Shown here: piece by piece, positions 21,077 through 32,658 of the stretch | Position numbering within the stretch: position 1 is the stretch's first letter | Layout: each line of letters begins with the position of its first letter | Source of the DNA: Flavobacteriaceae bacterium | GTDB taxonomy: Bacteria > Bacteroidota > Bacteroidia > Flavobacteriales > Flavobacteriaceae | Assembly: GCA_026710085.1 (NCBI GenBank) | Contig: JAPORT010000050.1 | Location: forward strand, 3,227 to 67,226 | DNA: 64,000 nt | Direction: 5' to 3' | The notes under the pieces: generated by a model | What the model saw: the letters and a program-made list of their open reading frames with translations, nothing else | Told to the model about the DNA's origin: nothing | The model's database searches: none | Made by a program: the position numbers and the translations under genes

Positions 21077-21556
21077 ATGAAACAGTTGGCAATGTCCATT
21101 GTTCCCTATCAAGAAAAATATCATCAAGCATTTATCGATTTGAACATGCATTGGCTTGAAAAATATTTTGAAGCAGAGCCCTATGATAAAAAGCAATTGG
21201 AACAGTGCCAAGAAATGATTATTGATCCAGGTGGTTGTATTTTTATTGGAATATTGGAGAACAAACCTATTGGAACCTATGCACTAGTTAAAATTAATCG
21301 TCAAACGACCGAATTTAGTAAAATGGCTATCGATGAAAGCTACCAAGGAAATGGGTTTGGCAAACAACTTATGGAGCACAGTATTGACACAGCAAAAAAC
21401 ATGAACTTTCAGAAACTTGTTCTTTACACTCATTGCAAATTAGAAAGTGCCATTCACATTTATAAAAAGTTCGGGTTTCAAACCATAAACGTAGAATCTA
21501 ATTGTCCCTATGAAAGATGCAATAAAAAAATGGAATTAGACTTAGCATTGAAATAA
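21077..21556 (+). CDS. GNAT family N-acetyltransferase
   Basis: GNAT core QGNGFGKQLMEHSI...IYKKFGF. Confidence 0.8.
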   Translation: MKQLAMSIVPYQEKYHQAFIDLNMHWLEKYFEAEPYDKKQLEQCQEMIIDPGGCIFIGILENKPIGTYALVKINRQTTEFSKMAIDESYQGNGFGKQLMEHSIDTAKNMNFQKLVLYTHCKLESAIHIYKKFGFQTINVESNCPYERCNKKMELDLALK

Positions 21557-21616
21557 AAAGTAATTTTACATAGCAACCTCTTAAAAACTATTAACACAAA
21601 TATTAATTTAATTACA

Positions 21617-24366
21617 GTGTCAGAAAATCAAAGTTTTAAGGGAAGTAAATGGTGGAAATTTGACTTCCACACGCACACGCCAGCTTCAGCTGATTATTTA
21701 TCAAAATGTACATCACCTAAAGATTAGATTCGTAAAACAATAGAAGCAGGATTAGATTGTGTCGCTATAACAGATCACAACACAGGTGATTGGATTGATA
21801 AATTAAAAAAAATAATAATGAAATTAGGAGCAGTATTGACAGACCTTATTGGTATACTAAGGAATTAACTATTTTTCCTGGAGTTGAAATCACTATTGGA
21901 GGTAATAATCAAAGAACTCATGTATTAGCAATTTTTGATCCTAAACTTGGCAGTAATAAAATAACAAGTGTGCTTGGTGCATGTGGAATAACTAAGGGAT
22001 TCGGTGAAAGTGAACATTTTACTATAAAACGTTTAGCTGATGTACTATATATAATTAAACAGAATAATGGGGTTGCTATTGCGGCTCATGTAGATCGAAG
22101 AAACGGACTTCTTCATCAAGAAACCACTCTAAAAAAAGTGCTTAAAAAAAATCTTGACAGTTTAACTGCTTTAGAGTTTTGTGAATGTGAATCTAACAAC
22201 TACTCTCCTGAATTAAAGAGTGAAATAGATAAGCTTGCACATGTTTCAAGTTCAGATGCTCATAATCCTGATGACATTGGCAAATCCTTTTCTTGGATTA
22301 AAATGAGTAAACCAAATATCAATAATTTAAAACTAGCACTACTTGACACTCATATGTCAGTCAAAAACCAATCTGAAAATCCTAACGAATTTTCAGATAT
22401 TTTTTTGACTAAACTGACTATAAAATCCATGAAACACTGTGGACGCATACAAAACAAACCATTTATAATCGATTTGAATCCTCACTTCAATTCGTTAATC
22501 GGTGGACGAGGAACTGGAAAGTCTACGATTATTGAAGCTATTCGCATTGCTTCACGTTGTGATAGAAATCTTGAATCACAAGCCCCAGAAGTGAGTAAAC
22601 AGCTTAAAGAGTTTATGAGACATTCTCATGATGATGGGGTAATGCTTAATGATACAGAAATATTATTAGAGTTACAACGTCGTGATAAAAAGTATGTCTT
22701 AAGATGGAATTATGATGGAAATGGAATAACTGTAACTGAAGAAAGTTCTTTACAAAGTTCTATTGACTCTAAAAATCTCAAAGAAAGGTTCCCCATAAGT
22801 ATATATAGTCAAAAGCAAATTAATGAACTCTCTTCAAATTCAAGCGGTCTCATAGACATTATTGACAATTCAAAAGAAGTAAATCGACTCGAGCTGAAAT
22901 CTAGTTGGGATAGTACCTTAAGCAAATTCTTTCAGTTAATGATAAGAAAAAGAGAGTTATCAAGAAATATAAATCAAGAGCTTGAACTAACGGTTAAATT
23001 AACAGACATAGAAAATGACTTGAAACATTATGAAGAAAAGGGGCATGAAAACGTTTTGAATTTATATCAGAAACGTAGCCAACAGAAAAGTGTACTCTCA
23101 GATAATTACATTTTTGACAATCTTTACGATAGTTTAAATTCATTGGTTGAAAACAGTGTGTTACCCGATTTTCCCGAACACATATTCGACGAACAAGATG
23201 AGACAACCACTGAAATCAAAAAAATTTATTCAGAAATAGGTGAAAAATTCAGCAATCTTAGAAAGTCAATTATTCGAATTGCAAAAGAAGTAAAGGATTT
23301 AAACAATCAAAGAACATTCAAAATATCCTCAACTAGTTGGAAAAAATCGTTAGATGATAGTATTGAAAAATATCAAAAACTAATTAAAGAGTATGAGAAA
23401 AGTAAAACATCAATAGATGTATATACATACGGTGTTTGGGTTCGTGAACGTAATCAACTACTTGGTAAGTTGAAAAGTATAAGTATAATTCAAAAAGAAT
23501 TTAATCTTCTTGAGATAGAAGTTAAACAAACAAAAAATAAACTTTTAGATTTAAGAAAGGAACTCTTTGTGCGTAGGGCAAACTTTATTGAGAAAGTTAT
23601 TGGAAAAAACGATTTCGTACGAATGGATTTAGTGCAATTTGGAGATACAAAAGATGTAGAAAAAAAATATCGATCGATTCTAGGCATTGAAAAAGAAAAG
23701 TTCAAAAGTTCGATATATGATATTGATAACAAACAAGGTGTTTTATGGGATTTTATGAATTGGGAAAAACAAAAAGTACCTAAGTCTAAACTTTCAAAAC
23801 TTATTTTTGAAATCAAAAATAAAACTCATAGAATTGCAAGAGGTATTGAAGATTATGGACTACATGGTAAGTTTGTGAATTATTTAAACGCCCTATACAA
23901 GGAAAAACCAGAGTTATTCGATAAACTAAAGGTATGGTGGCCAAAAGATAAACTTCGAGTCAAATATTCCAAAAATTCTAAATTTTACGACTTGAATAAA
24001 GGCTCAATTGGGCAAAAGTCTGCTGCGATTTTATCCTTTTTATTAAGTCATGGTAGTGAACCTCTAATAATAGATCAACCAGAAGATGATTTAGATAACG
24101 CCCTAATTTACGACCTAATTGTAAAACAAATACGTCAGAATCAAAATAAACGTCAATTTATAATTGCAACTCACAACCCAAACATTGTAGTTAACGGAAA
24201 TTCTGATCTTGTTAATATTCTAAAATTTAAAAATGGTCTAGTAACTCTACATCAAAAAGGTGGACTTGATGAAATAGAAATTCGAAATGAGATATGTAAC
24301 ATCATGGAAGGTGGTCGAGAGGCTTTTGAAAATAGGTATAAGCGAATTGCACTTGAAGTAGAATAA
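21617..24366 (+). pseudogene. PHP-domain + SMC/ABC-like ATPase (Ppl/TrlF-like architecture), N-terminal PHP domain disrupted
   Basis: From GTG 21617: VSENQSFKGSKWWKFDFHTHTPASADYLSKCTSPKD, then TAG (21725-21727), then IRKTIEAGLDCVAITDHNTGDWIDKL. The frame then shifts in the A8 run 21805-21812 into ...RPYWYTKELTIFPGVEITIGG... and the 798-aa ORF. That ORF has PHP residues AAHVDR and SSSDAHNPDD, Walker A GGRGTGKST, long coiled-coil-like K/E-rich segments, and C-terminal IIDQPEDDLD / IIATHNPN. Confidence 0.75.
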
Positions 24367-24378
24367 AATGCAAAAATC

Positions 24379-25620
24379 ATGAATGATTTGATTAATCAAA
24401 TTAGGTTAGGTGAAGAAACTTTGCTTGAATTTAAAAATCTTCAATACAAAGGATATCAAGTTGTCGGCCCTCATCGTAATAGTATGGCTGATGAGTTAGC
24501 TGCAATGGCAAATACAGATCACGGTGTATTTTTACTTGGTGTTGATGATAAAACCAAAACAATTGTTGGTATTCCTATTGAAAAAATAGATGTTGTTGAA
24601 CAATGGATAATGGGAATATGTAATGATCTTATTGAGCCAAAGTTAAACTATTATATTCGGAAACTGCCTATAATTACTGATGACACCGAAGAACAAATCA
24701 TCATTAGATTAGATGTACGCAAAAGTCTAATTGTTCATAAAAGTCCAGGGGGATACTTTCACCGTATTGGTAGTTCTAAACGTCAAATGGACACTAATTA
24801 CTTAACTGGATTTATCCAGCAAAGAAGTCAAACTAGAGTTATTAATTTCGATCTTCAACTTGTAACAGATGCTCATCCTGACTGTCTTGAAAAAACTTTG
24901 TGGGGAAAATTTAAAACAAATTTATCTCCAGAAGATGACGATGAATTCTTACAGAAACTTAAACTGATTAAAAAGGATTCAGATGGACAGAATTATCCGA
25001 CCGTTGGTGGACTTTTAATGGCTAGTAAAAGACCTGATGAGTTTTTACCTCATGCTTACATACAGGCCGTTGCTTATCGGGGAACTGAAAGAGATGCAGC
25101 TTATCAAATAGACGCTAAAGATTTATACGGTCCTTTAGACGTTCAAATTGACAAAGCTTGTCATTTTGTTTATAAGAATATGAGAGTCTATGCCATTAAA
25201 AATCCAACTAGACTTGATATTCCTCAGTATGACATGCGTGCAATATTAGAATCAATTGTCAATGCAATAATCCACAGAGATTACTACAATTATAAATCTA
25301 AAATTCGTTTGCATATGTTCTCAGATAGACTTGAAATTTTTTCACCTGGAGCACTAGCCAATTCTATGACCATTGAAAATATACCTTTATTACAAGCTAC
25401 TCGTAATGAATTAATTGCTAGTTTAATTGCAAGATGTCCGATAAACCCAAGTGAATACATAAAGAGTAATCGTAAAAATCTAATGGATAAACGAGGTGAA
25501 GGAGTGCCGATTATACTTACAAAGAGTAAAAATTTATCAGGACGTATCCCTGAGTACAGAGAAATTGACCAAATGGAATTACTCTTGACAATATACGCAA
25601 CACCACCTCCCAACATATAA
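24379..25620 (+). CDS. AlbA_2 (Schlafen-like) DNA-binding domain protein with C-terminal HATPase_c_4-like/wHTH region
   Basis: N-terminus LINQIRLGEETLLEFKN and GVFLLGVDDK are typical of AlbA_2 putative DNA-binding proteins. C-terminus has NAIIHRDY...GEGV motifs. It starts 12 nt after the preceding stop, so likely the same operon. Confidence 0.65.
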   Translation: MNDLINQIRLGEETLLEFKNLQYKGYQVVGPHRNSMADELAAMANTDHGVFLLGVDDKTKTIVGIPIEKIDVVEQWIMGICNDLIEPKLNYYIRKLPIITDDTEEQIIIRLDVRKSLIVHKSPGGYFHRIGSSKRQMDTNYLTGFIQQRSQTRVINFDLQLVTDAHPDCLEKTLWGKFKTNLSPEDDDEFLQKLKLIKKDSDGQNYPTVGGLLMASKRPDEFLPHAYIQAVAYRGTERDAAYQIDAKDLYGPLDVQIDKACHFVYKNMRVYAIKNPTRLDIPQYDMRAILESIVNAIIHRDYYNYKSKIRLHMFSDRLEIFSPGALANSMTIENIPLLQATRNELIASLIARCPINPSEYIKSNRKNLMDKRGEGVPIILTKSKNLSGRIPEYREIDQMELLLTIYATPPPNI

Positions 25621-25662
25621 GTATTGGTGTTTTCCGCTTTCACAAAATAAAATCGAACTCAC

Positions 25663-28600
25663 TTAGATTTTGACTTGGTTTTGTTTTAATTTTTTAGCTT
25701 CAAGCTCCGATTCAGTTAATGCTTGAGCCCTCTTTTTTTGAGTATCGAACATGACCGGAGTCGCAATGAATACCGATGAATAAGTCCCCACAATAACACC
25801 TATAATAAGAGCAAACATGAATCCTCGAATGGATTCTCCTCCAAAGATGAAAATGGCCACAAGAACAATCAAAGTTGTTAATGAAGTATTCAAGGTTCTA
25901 CTTAGTGTGCTATTTAAGGCTTGATTGACCGTATCATGGAATTCAGATTTTGAATGTTCTCGAATAAACTCCCGAATCCGATCGAAAACCACAACGGTAT
26001 CATTCAAGGAATAACCAATGACTGTTAAAATAGCAGCAATAAATGCTTGGTTGATTTCCATATTAAAGGGCATGAATTGATAAGCCAAAGAAAAAATTCC
26101 CAAGACAATCAAGACATCATGAAAGACCGCGGTTACCGCACCCAAAGAAAATTGCCATCTTCGGAATCTCAATAAGATATAAAGGAATACAACAATTAAA
26201 GAACCAAAGACAGCTAAAAAAGAATTGTTTTTAATATCATCAGCTATTGTTGGCCCCACTTTAATTGAAGACATGATTCCAGCTTGCTTTTCATCACTAC
26301 CAGGAATAAATGCTTCGTAAGACATTTCTTCAGGTAAATAAGGAGTCAACACTTCATACATGATTTCTTGTATCTCTGTATCAACGTCTAAACCTTCAAC
26401 ATCCACCTTATAATTAGTCGTGATTTTTAATTGATTGGCCTCACCAAATGTTTTGGCTTCGGCACTACCCAATCGATCGGTGAGAGAATTGGTGATTTCA
26501 ACTGCATTAACAGGCTCTGTAAAACGAACAATATAAGATCGACCACCAACAAAATCAACACCTTGATTCAATCCCTGTGTGAATAAAGAAAGAATACAAA
26601 TCACAATAGCAATCGAAGATATAAGATAGGTTTTTTTTCGCAAATTCAAAAATTTAATAGCGACTCCTGCTAATAGATCTTTGGTGTATTTGGTAAAGAA
26701 AGACACTTCTTTCTTTTTGTTATTACGAATATTAATAAAGATGCGCGTGATAAAAATGGCAGTAAATAATGAAGTAGCAATGCCTATAAGTAGTGTTGTA
26801 GCAAATCCTTTGATGGGCCCCGTTCCAAAAACAAATAGAATCAAAGCAGTTAAACCCGTCGTGATATTGGCATCGAGTATGGAAGATAAGGCATTACTGA
26901 ATCCATCAGCAACGGATTTTCTCAACCCCTTTCCTTTTTTAAGCTCTTCACGAACCCTCTCAAAAATCAAGACATTAGCATCAACCGAAATACCAATGGT
27001 TAATACAATTCCTGCAATTCCAGGAAGTGTTAAGACGGCTCCCAATCCTGCTAAAACACCAAAAATGAATAGTAAATTGAGTATTAAAGCGATATCCGCA
27101 TATAATCCTGCTCGACCATAATAGAAAATCATCCATATCAAGACAAAAACTAAAGCAATGAAAAAGGAATAGACCCCAGCTTGGATGGCTTCTTTACCGA
27201 GAGATGGTCCAACGACTTCCGATTGAATGATTTCTGCTGATGCTGGAAGCTTTCCAGCTCTGAGAACATTGGCCAAATCAATAGCTTCTAAAAGAGTAAA
27301 GTTTCCAGAGATTTCACTTCGGCCACCAGAAATAGCACCACTTGAAACACCGGGTGCTGAATAAACCACATCATCAAGAACGATGGCAATGGAACTTTGT
27401 TGCTCAAAAGCTTTACCCGTCATGGATTCCCAAATGCGAGCCCCTCGAGCATCCATTTGCATGGAAACACTTGGATTGCCTATCGCATCGTAGGATTGCA
27501 TGGCATCAATCACAACGCCACCACTTAGAGAAGCAATGTTTTCACGATTGGATTTTAAAGCGTACAGTTCTGTGGCGCCATCATCTCCAGGTATTCCCCA
27601 AGCAAAACGCACGTATCGAAATTCTGATGGTAACAATCTCCGAACGCGAGGATCATCGAGATAAGACATGATCTGGTCGAGTTGATGATTATCAAATCTC
27701 GCCAGGATCGGTCCTCCTTGAAAACCATAACCTCTGATGGCGTCTAGAATTGGATTGACTGGTATGATTGAATCTGTTGATTCAGTGATTTCTTCTAATA
27801 AGTCATCTATTTCAGATTCTTCATCCGTTTGCTCCTCTTCAATGTCAGTAACTTCTGTTGGATCATCATCAATTATCGGGGTATTTAATGCAACAATATC
27901 TTTCGCAACTTGATTTGCTTGAGATAAAAAAGCAGATAATTCAGTGTTTTTAAAAGTTTCCCAAAATTCAAGTTGAGCGGTACTTTGTAACAGATTTTGA
28001 ATTCGATCCACATCTTTAGCCCCTGGTAATTCAACCAAAATACGGCCCGATGATCCCAAACGTTGTATGTTGGGTTGACTCACTCCGAATTTGTCAATTC
28101 TTTTTCGGAGCACTTCAAAAGCAGAAACAATGGATTCATCAATGCGTCTTCTCAGTACTGATTGTACTTCAGAATCACTCATTTCAAAGTTTATTTCATC
28201 ACTTAATGAACGATTAGAAAAGATATTTGGGGATGATAATCGAGTCGTTCCACTGATGTTATCAAATGCAGAGAAAAAAGATTCGATATAGGGTTGATTG
28301 CTTTGTTTTTGGAGTTCATCGGCATCTTCTAAAGCCTGTAGAAAGATCGGATCCGTCGAGTTTTCCGACAATCCTTTCAAAATATCCTTAACAGAAATTT
28401 GAAGAATGACATTAATCCCACCTTTTAAATCCAATCCTCGATTTAATTCTTTGGTTTTGGCATCTGCATAATTGGTATAACCAAATGCTTGAATATTGGC
28501 CACTGAATCCAAATAGGATTGTTCTGTTGCTTCCCTAAGTTCTAAATAATTTTCAGTGTCGGAAGAAATCCTTTCAATCGAAAAATTCTGAGCTTTATTT

Positions 28601-28695
28601 TCAATATCTGCAACAATAAACGTATACGACAATTGGTAGATGCTAATGACACCAAATAACACACCAAAAACTCTAATTAACCAATTAGTCTGCAT
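25663..28695 (-). CDS. secDF: protein translocase subunit SecDF (fused)
   Basis: 1010-aa fusion with two 6-TM RND-like blocks and periplasmic domains; LGLDLKGG and GPSLG motifs. Confidence 0.95.
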   Translation of the reverse strand: MQTNWLIRVFGVLFGVISIYQLSYTFIVADIENKAQNFSIERISSDTENYLELREATEQSYLDSVANIQAFGYTNYADAKTKELNRGLDLKGGINVILQISVKDILKGLSENSTDPIFLQALEDADELQKQSNQPYIESFFSAFDNISGTTRLSSPNIFSNRSLSDEINFEMSDSEVQSVLRRRIDESIVSAFEVLRKRIDKFGVSQPNIQRLGSSGRILVELPGAKDVDRIQNLLQSTAQLEFWETFKNTELSAFLSQANQVAKDIVALNTPIIDDDPTEVTDIEEEQTDEESEIDDLLEEITESTDSIIPVNPILDAIRGYGFQGGPILARFDNHQLDQIMSYLDDPRVRRLLPSEFRYVRFAWGIPGDDGATELYALKSNRENIASLSGGVVIDAMQSYDAIGNPSVSMQMDARGARIWESMTGKAFEQQSSIAIVLDDVVYSAPGVSSGAISGGRSEISGNFTLLEAIDLANVLRAGKLPASAEIIQSEVVGPSLGKEAIQAGVYSFFIALVFVLIWMIFYYGRAGLYADIALILNLLFIFGVLAGLGAVLTLPGIAGIVLTIGISVDANVLIFERVREELKKGKGLRKSVADGFSNALSSILDANITTGLTALILFVFGTGPIKGFATTLLIGIATSLFTAIFITRIFINIRNNKKKEVSFFTKYTKDLLAGVAIKFLNLRKKTYLISSIAIVICILSLFTQGLNQGVDFVGGRSYIVRFTEPVNAVEITNSLTDRLGSAEAKTFGEANQLKITTNYKVDVEGLDVDTEIQEIMYEVLTPYLPEEMSYEAFIPGSDEKQAGIMSSIKVGPTIADDIKNNSFLAVFGSLIVVFLYILLRFRRWQFSLGAVTAVFHDVLIVLGIFSLAYQFMPFNMEINQAFIAAILTVIGYSLNDTVVVFDRIREFIREHSKSEFHDTVNQALNSTLSRTLNTSLTTLIVLVAIFIFGGESIRGFMFALIIGVIVGTYSSVFIATPVMFDTQKKRAQALTESELEAKKLKQNQVKI

Positions 28696-28759
28696 AAAAA
28701 GCGAAATATTTTTTCAAAAGAATGCAAATATAAGTTTTAGGATGAATTGCCCTGGATTC

Positions 28760-29692
28760 TCATAAAATAGAATCAAGCGATTGATTCATTTGCTGAACTT
28801 TATGAGCACTTTGAATGAGTTTCTCTTGTTCGTTTGAATCTAGGTCAATTTCGATAATAGATTCCAATCCTTTGCCTCCTATAATACATGGGACTCCAAT
28901 GCACAAATTATCAAGACCATACTCTCCGTCTAATAGGACACTACATGGTAAGAGTCTTTTAAAATCTCCCAAAATAGAATCCACTAAATAGGCAGCTGAA
29001 GCACCTGGTGCATACCATGCTGAGGTGCCTAATAGAGTCGTCAAGGTGGCCCCACCAACCATTGTATTTGAAACGACTTGATTTAGTTTTTCAACAGATA
29101 GCAACGTGGATACGGGAATACCATTGTAGGTGGCTAATCTTGCCAATGGAATCATTGTGGTATCACCATGACCACCGATGACCATTCCTTGAATTTCACT
29201 TGAAGGAACCCCAAGAGCCAATGATAAATATGTTTTAAATCGAGCACTATCCAATATCCCACCCATTCCTATAACTCTGTCTTTTGGCAAACCTGTTTTT
29301 TTTAATGTCAGAAAAGTCATCGTATCCATGGGATTAGAGACAACGATAAAAATGGTCTTTGGTGAAAATTTTAAGATTTGTTGTGCTACTGAATCAACAA
29401 TTCCAGCATTGATACCAATTAACTCTTCTCGAGACATTCCGGGTTTTCTTGGTATTCCTGAAGTAATCACAACCACATCGCTATTTTCTGTAGCTTGATA
29501 ATCATTGGTCACCCCGACTACTTTAGTATCATAACTCAACAGAGTAGCACTCTGATAAATATCTAAAGTCTTTCCTTCAGCAAGTCCTTTTTTTATATCC
29601 AAAAGAACAACATGATTTGCTATGGATTTAATGGCTACATATTCGGCACAAGAAGCCCCCACACTACCTGCACCAATAATCGAAACTTTCAT
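28760..29692 (-). CDS. mdh: malate dehydrogenase (LDH-like family)
   Basis: MKVSIIGAGSVGAS Rossmann motif, GIPRKPGMSREEL, GGHGDTM-like segment. Confidence 0.95.
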   Translation of the reverse strand: MKVSIIGAGSVGASCAEYVAIKSIANHVVLLDIKKGLAEGKTLDIYQSATLLSYDTKVVGVTNDYQATENSDVVVITSGIPRKPGMSREELIGINAGIVDSVAQQILKFSPKTIFIVVSNPMDTMTFLTLKKTGLPKDRVIGMGGILDSARFKTYLSLALGVPSSEIQGMVIGGHGDTTMIPLARLATYNGIPVSTLLSVEKLNQVVSNTMVGGATLTTLLGTSAWYAPGASAAYLVDSILGDFKRLLPCSVLLDGEYGLDNLCIGVPCIIGGKGLESIIEIDLDSNEQEKLIQSAHKVQQMNQSLDSIL

Positions 29693-30438
29693 ATTCTGAT
29701 GGTAAAAGGATATAAATTAATGTCTATCGTTTTTCTAATTCTTTTCGCTTTCTCATGAACTGTCTGGTCTTTTTGAAAGACTGCTTCAATGCTATGGAGA
29801 TGCATATGATCATTATTATAAGTAAGATAAATACGATAATTAATGTTGATACCATCATTTGCACACTTTAATCTCTAGTTAGTGGAATGAATTATTAAAA
29901 TACGACAAAAAACCAACGATCATAAAAACCAGCAACTATAATTGGATTTTGGCTAAATTAATGAGTATTCATAAGAATAAACCCTATCCTTTTAGAATTA
30001 ATTCTAACAATTTTAAGTTCCTCTTAGTGAAGTCTTTGCTGGGCCGTCCTTAATCAAGTTTCAGTTGTCTATTCCTACATTTCTGTATTGAATTAGGAGA
30101 TCGCAAAAGAACTACTTGAATTTAAATTATTGACTTTTTCTTTAATTTTTTCTATCATTCATGAATTATTCGTTATGTGAAATCTTTAAAAAAACATACC
30201 CTAATATTCATTTATCTATTGCAAACTGTGTCAGTTTAACATCATTTGTATGAAACGAGATAGAATTCAAAATAAAAAATACTTGCTTAAAAATTAATGA
30301 AGCCAATCCTATTTCTAGTCGTAGAAACAGAGAAGGTGAAACTATTTTCATGATTTGATTTTGCTAATCTTTTCTTTGCATTCCATAGAGACATAGTGAT
30401 GGAAGCACAATATTTCATTGAAATAACAAGACTCCAAT

Positions 30439-32658
30439 TTAACGTTTGAATTTAGCATAGTCGGGGAGTAATTGTTTTAAAAGCGAGTTTAATTTACTAA
30501 AGTCTGGAACTCTATCTAGTTTTTCTAATCGATTGACTTCATGAGCTATTTGGATATGCCAATGATTACTCGAGTCAAATAATGGAATGGGAATGGATTT
30601 GAACGGACTTTTGTGATAGTGCATTTTGGATGTTTTAGTCCATCGCCAAGCTGGTTGCATGTTGGGTGCATTGATGACCCCAACAAGATATTGAGCTTCT
30701 TGTTCAGATTCACATAAAATATAGTACAATTTGGAATTTGCAATGATGTTGCGTGGAATTCTTATAGCCCTTAACGTATTGCCGGAAGAATTATAGACCA
30801 CTTTTGTTCTTGTCGTATCATCGCCACATTTGTTTAATTCATCTTCTAAATCTCTCTTAAATCCATAATTAAGTTCTAAAATTGGTTTAGACCTGTCCAT
30901 ATCTCTTTTTTCATCATATTGTTTTTGACATTTTTTCCAATATTGATGAAGATGAGGATATAGCCTTTTTCTTTCCAAATTTTCATTCTTCAATACATCA
31001 ATTCCATCCACTCCTAACATTAATTTTTGGTTTTTATCTAATGGTGCAATGAGCCACATTTCTGGTTCGTAGTTTAATTGTTTCAAATGTTTGCTATCGA
31101 TTAATGGAAGTAAACACTCGGATTCAATCATTCCATCAAATCCACAATTTTTCCAATCGCCTCTGGTTCCTTTTTGTGTGAATATTTCAGATAACCCCTT
31201 TTCCTTATCCATTCGTTTTAACACTTGGAAGTAACAAAATGGGCCAAAAAAAACCCCTCTTTCTACTTTATCCAAATATGGAGATTGAGCATGATTCATT
31301 GAATTGATTTGTTTTATCATTGGATTTTCTACATAATTTCCACTGAATCGAAATACTTGATGAGTTTTGAATTCAACTTTTTCATCGGTCGTTTTTCCCA
31401 ATACAACACTGCACCCATTGGGTGAATGTGCAAAAATGGGTGGTTCAACATCGGTTAAGTCCCACATTTCTTGATGTTGTACTTTCACATTCTTCCAGTT
31501 GCCTTCACGCCATTTTCTCCATGCCTGTCCAATGATGGGACTCTTGGGCAATACCCAGCCATACCCTCCTCCTTTTTGAGGTAAATAAAGCCTGATTGTT
31601 CTTGCTGTAAATAAACATGCTAAATCAACATTAGCCAAATAACCATTGGTTCGAGTATAGACCCCTTCGTCTTTTGCAATTTGTTTGTAAAGTACCTTTC
31701 TGATGGACTCTTGAGCATTATTTTGAACTAACCATGGGGGATTGCCAACAATACGCCCTACCCCTTTGGAAAAAAGATTGGTTAAGTATACTTTATTACG
31801 AATCAACCATTCCCAAATATGATTACCCTCTTCTTCAATGATTTTCTTCAAATCTTCATATAACGTTTTGACTGAACCTTTGATCCCTTCATCAAATTCA
31901 TCCAAACGGATCATTTTATTTTGAGTCACAATAGCATGGTTGATTGAGGAAACAATATTTGAAAAAAAGGGGTGATGATACAAAACACTTGAAATCTGAA
32001 TGGTGCTTTTTGGTGTTTTAATATCAATAAATAAATATTTGTCTCCGACATTATATTCATTTAGAGCACTACCAAGACATACTCGATAAGCTCCATCATG
32101 GAGTGAATCTGTTAAAATTGCCCTTAATGTTGCTTTACTCATCTCAACGGCAATAGGATGAATATCGATTCCATGAACTAATCTCGCAATGATTTTTGAG
32201 GCATGAAATAATTTGTCCTTATGATTCCGTCTTATTCGATTCTTTATGTGGATCGCGGACTGCAATAAAAAGGTTCCAGAACCACATGATGGATCAAGGA
32301 CTCCCAAGTATTCATCATTCGTGGCCTTTCCCATCATCAAATGATAGGCTCTTTCAATCGATTCATCCAACCAATCATCATCTAAGACTTGTTCCACCAC
32401 ATCTTTTGCCAAATAATCCGGCGTGTAAAACTCCCCAAATTCCTTTCTTTGCTCTGGCGGTGTTAAAGCATGATACAAATATTTCAAAACATCTTGTGAA
32501 TAAAATTCCCATTGATATTTTTGAATTTCAGAGGCCAACTGTATCATCAACTTTTTGGTTGACCGATGTTCCAATAGCCAAGCATGAAAGCCATCGCCTA
32601 CATAGTCGACCAACTCTTTTTTGGATAACGTCGGATGATCTAAATGGCCAATAATCAT
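30439..32658 (-). CDS. N6-adenine DNA methyltransferase + target-recognition part of a Type IIG/IIL (MmeI-like) R-M enzyme
   Basis: FGEFYTP, motif I LDPSCGSGTFL, motif IV GNPPW, long C-terminal TRD. The same frame stays open upstream with no stop as far as 32992, through the homopolymer at 32967-32975. Confidence 0.8.
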   Translation of the reverse strand: MIIGHLDHPTLSKKELVDYVGDGFHAWLLEHRSTKKLMIQLASEIQKYQWEFYSQDVLKYLYHALTPPEQRKEFGEFYTPDYLAKDVVEQVLDDDWLDESIERAYHLMMGKATNDEYLGVLDPSCGSGTFLLQSAIHIKNRIRRNHKDKLFHASKIIARLVHGIDIHPIAVEMSKATLRAILTDSLHDGAYRVCLGSALNEYNVGDKYLFIDIKTPKSTIQISSVLYHHPFFSNIVSSINHAIVTQNKMIRLDEFDEGIKGSVKTLYEDLKKIIEEEGNHIWEWLIRNKVYLTNLFSKGVGRIVGNPPWLVQNNAQESIRKVLYKQIAKDEGVYTRTNGYLANVDLACLFTARTIRLYLPQKGGGYGWVLPKSPIIGQAWRKWREGNWKNVKVQHQEMWDLTDVEPPIFAHSPNGCSVVLGKTTDEKVEFKTHQVFRFSGNYVENPMIKQINSMNHAQSPYLDKVERGVFFGPFCYFQVLKRMDKEKGLSEIFTQKGTRGDWKNCGFDGMIESECLLPLIDSKHLKQLNYEPEMWLIAPLDKNQKLMLGVDGIDVLKNENLERKRLYPHLHQYWKKCQKQYDEKRDMDRSKPILELNYGFKRDLEDELNKCGDDTTRTKVVYNSSGNTLRAIRIPRNIIANSKLYYILCESEQEAQYLVGVINAPNMQPAWRWTKTSKMHYHKSPFKSIPIPLFDSSNHWHIQIAHEVNRLEKLDRVPDFSKLNSLLKQLLPDYAKFKR

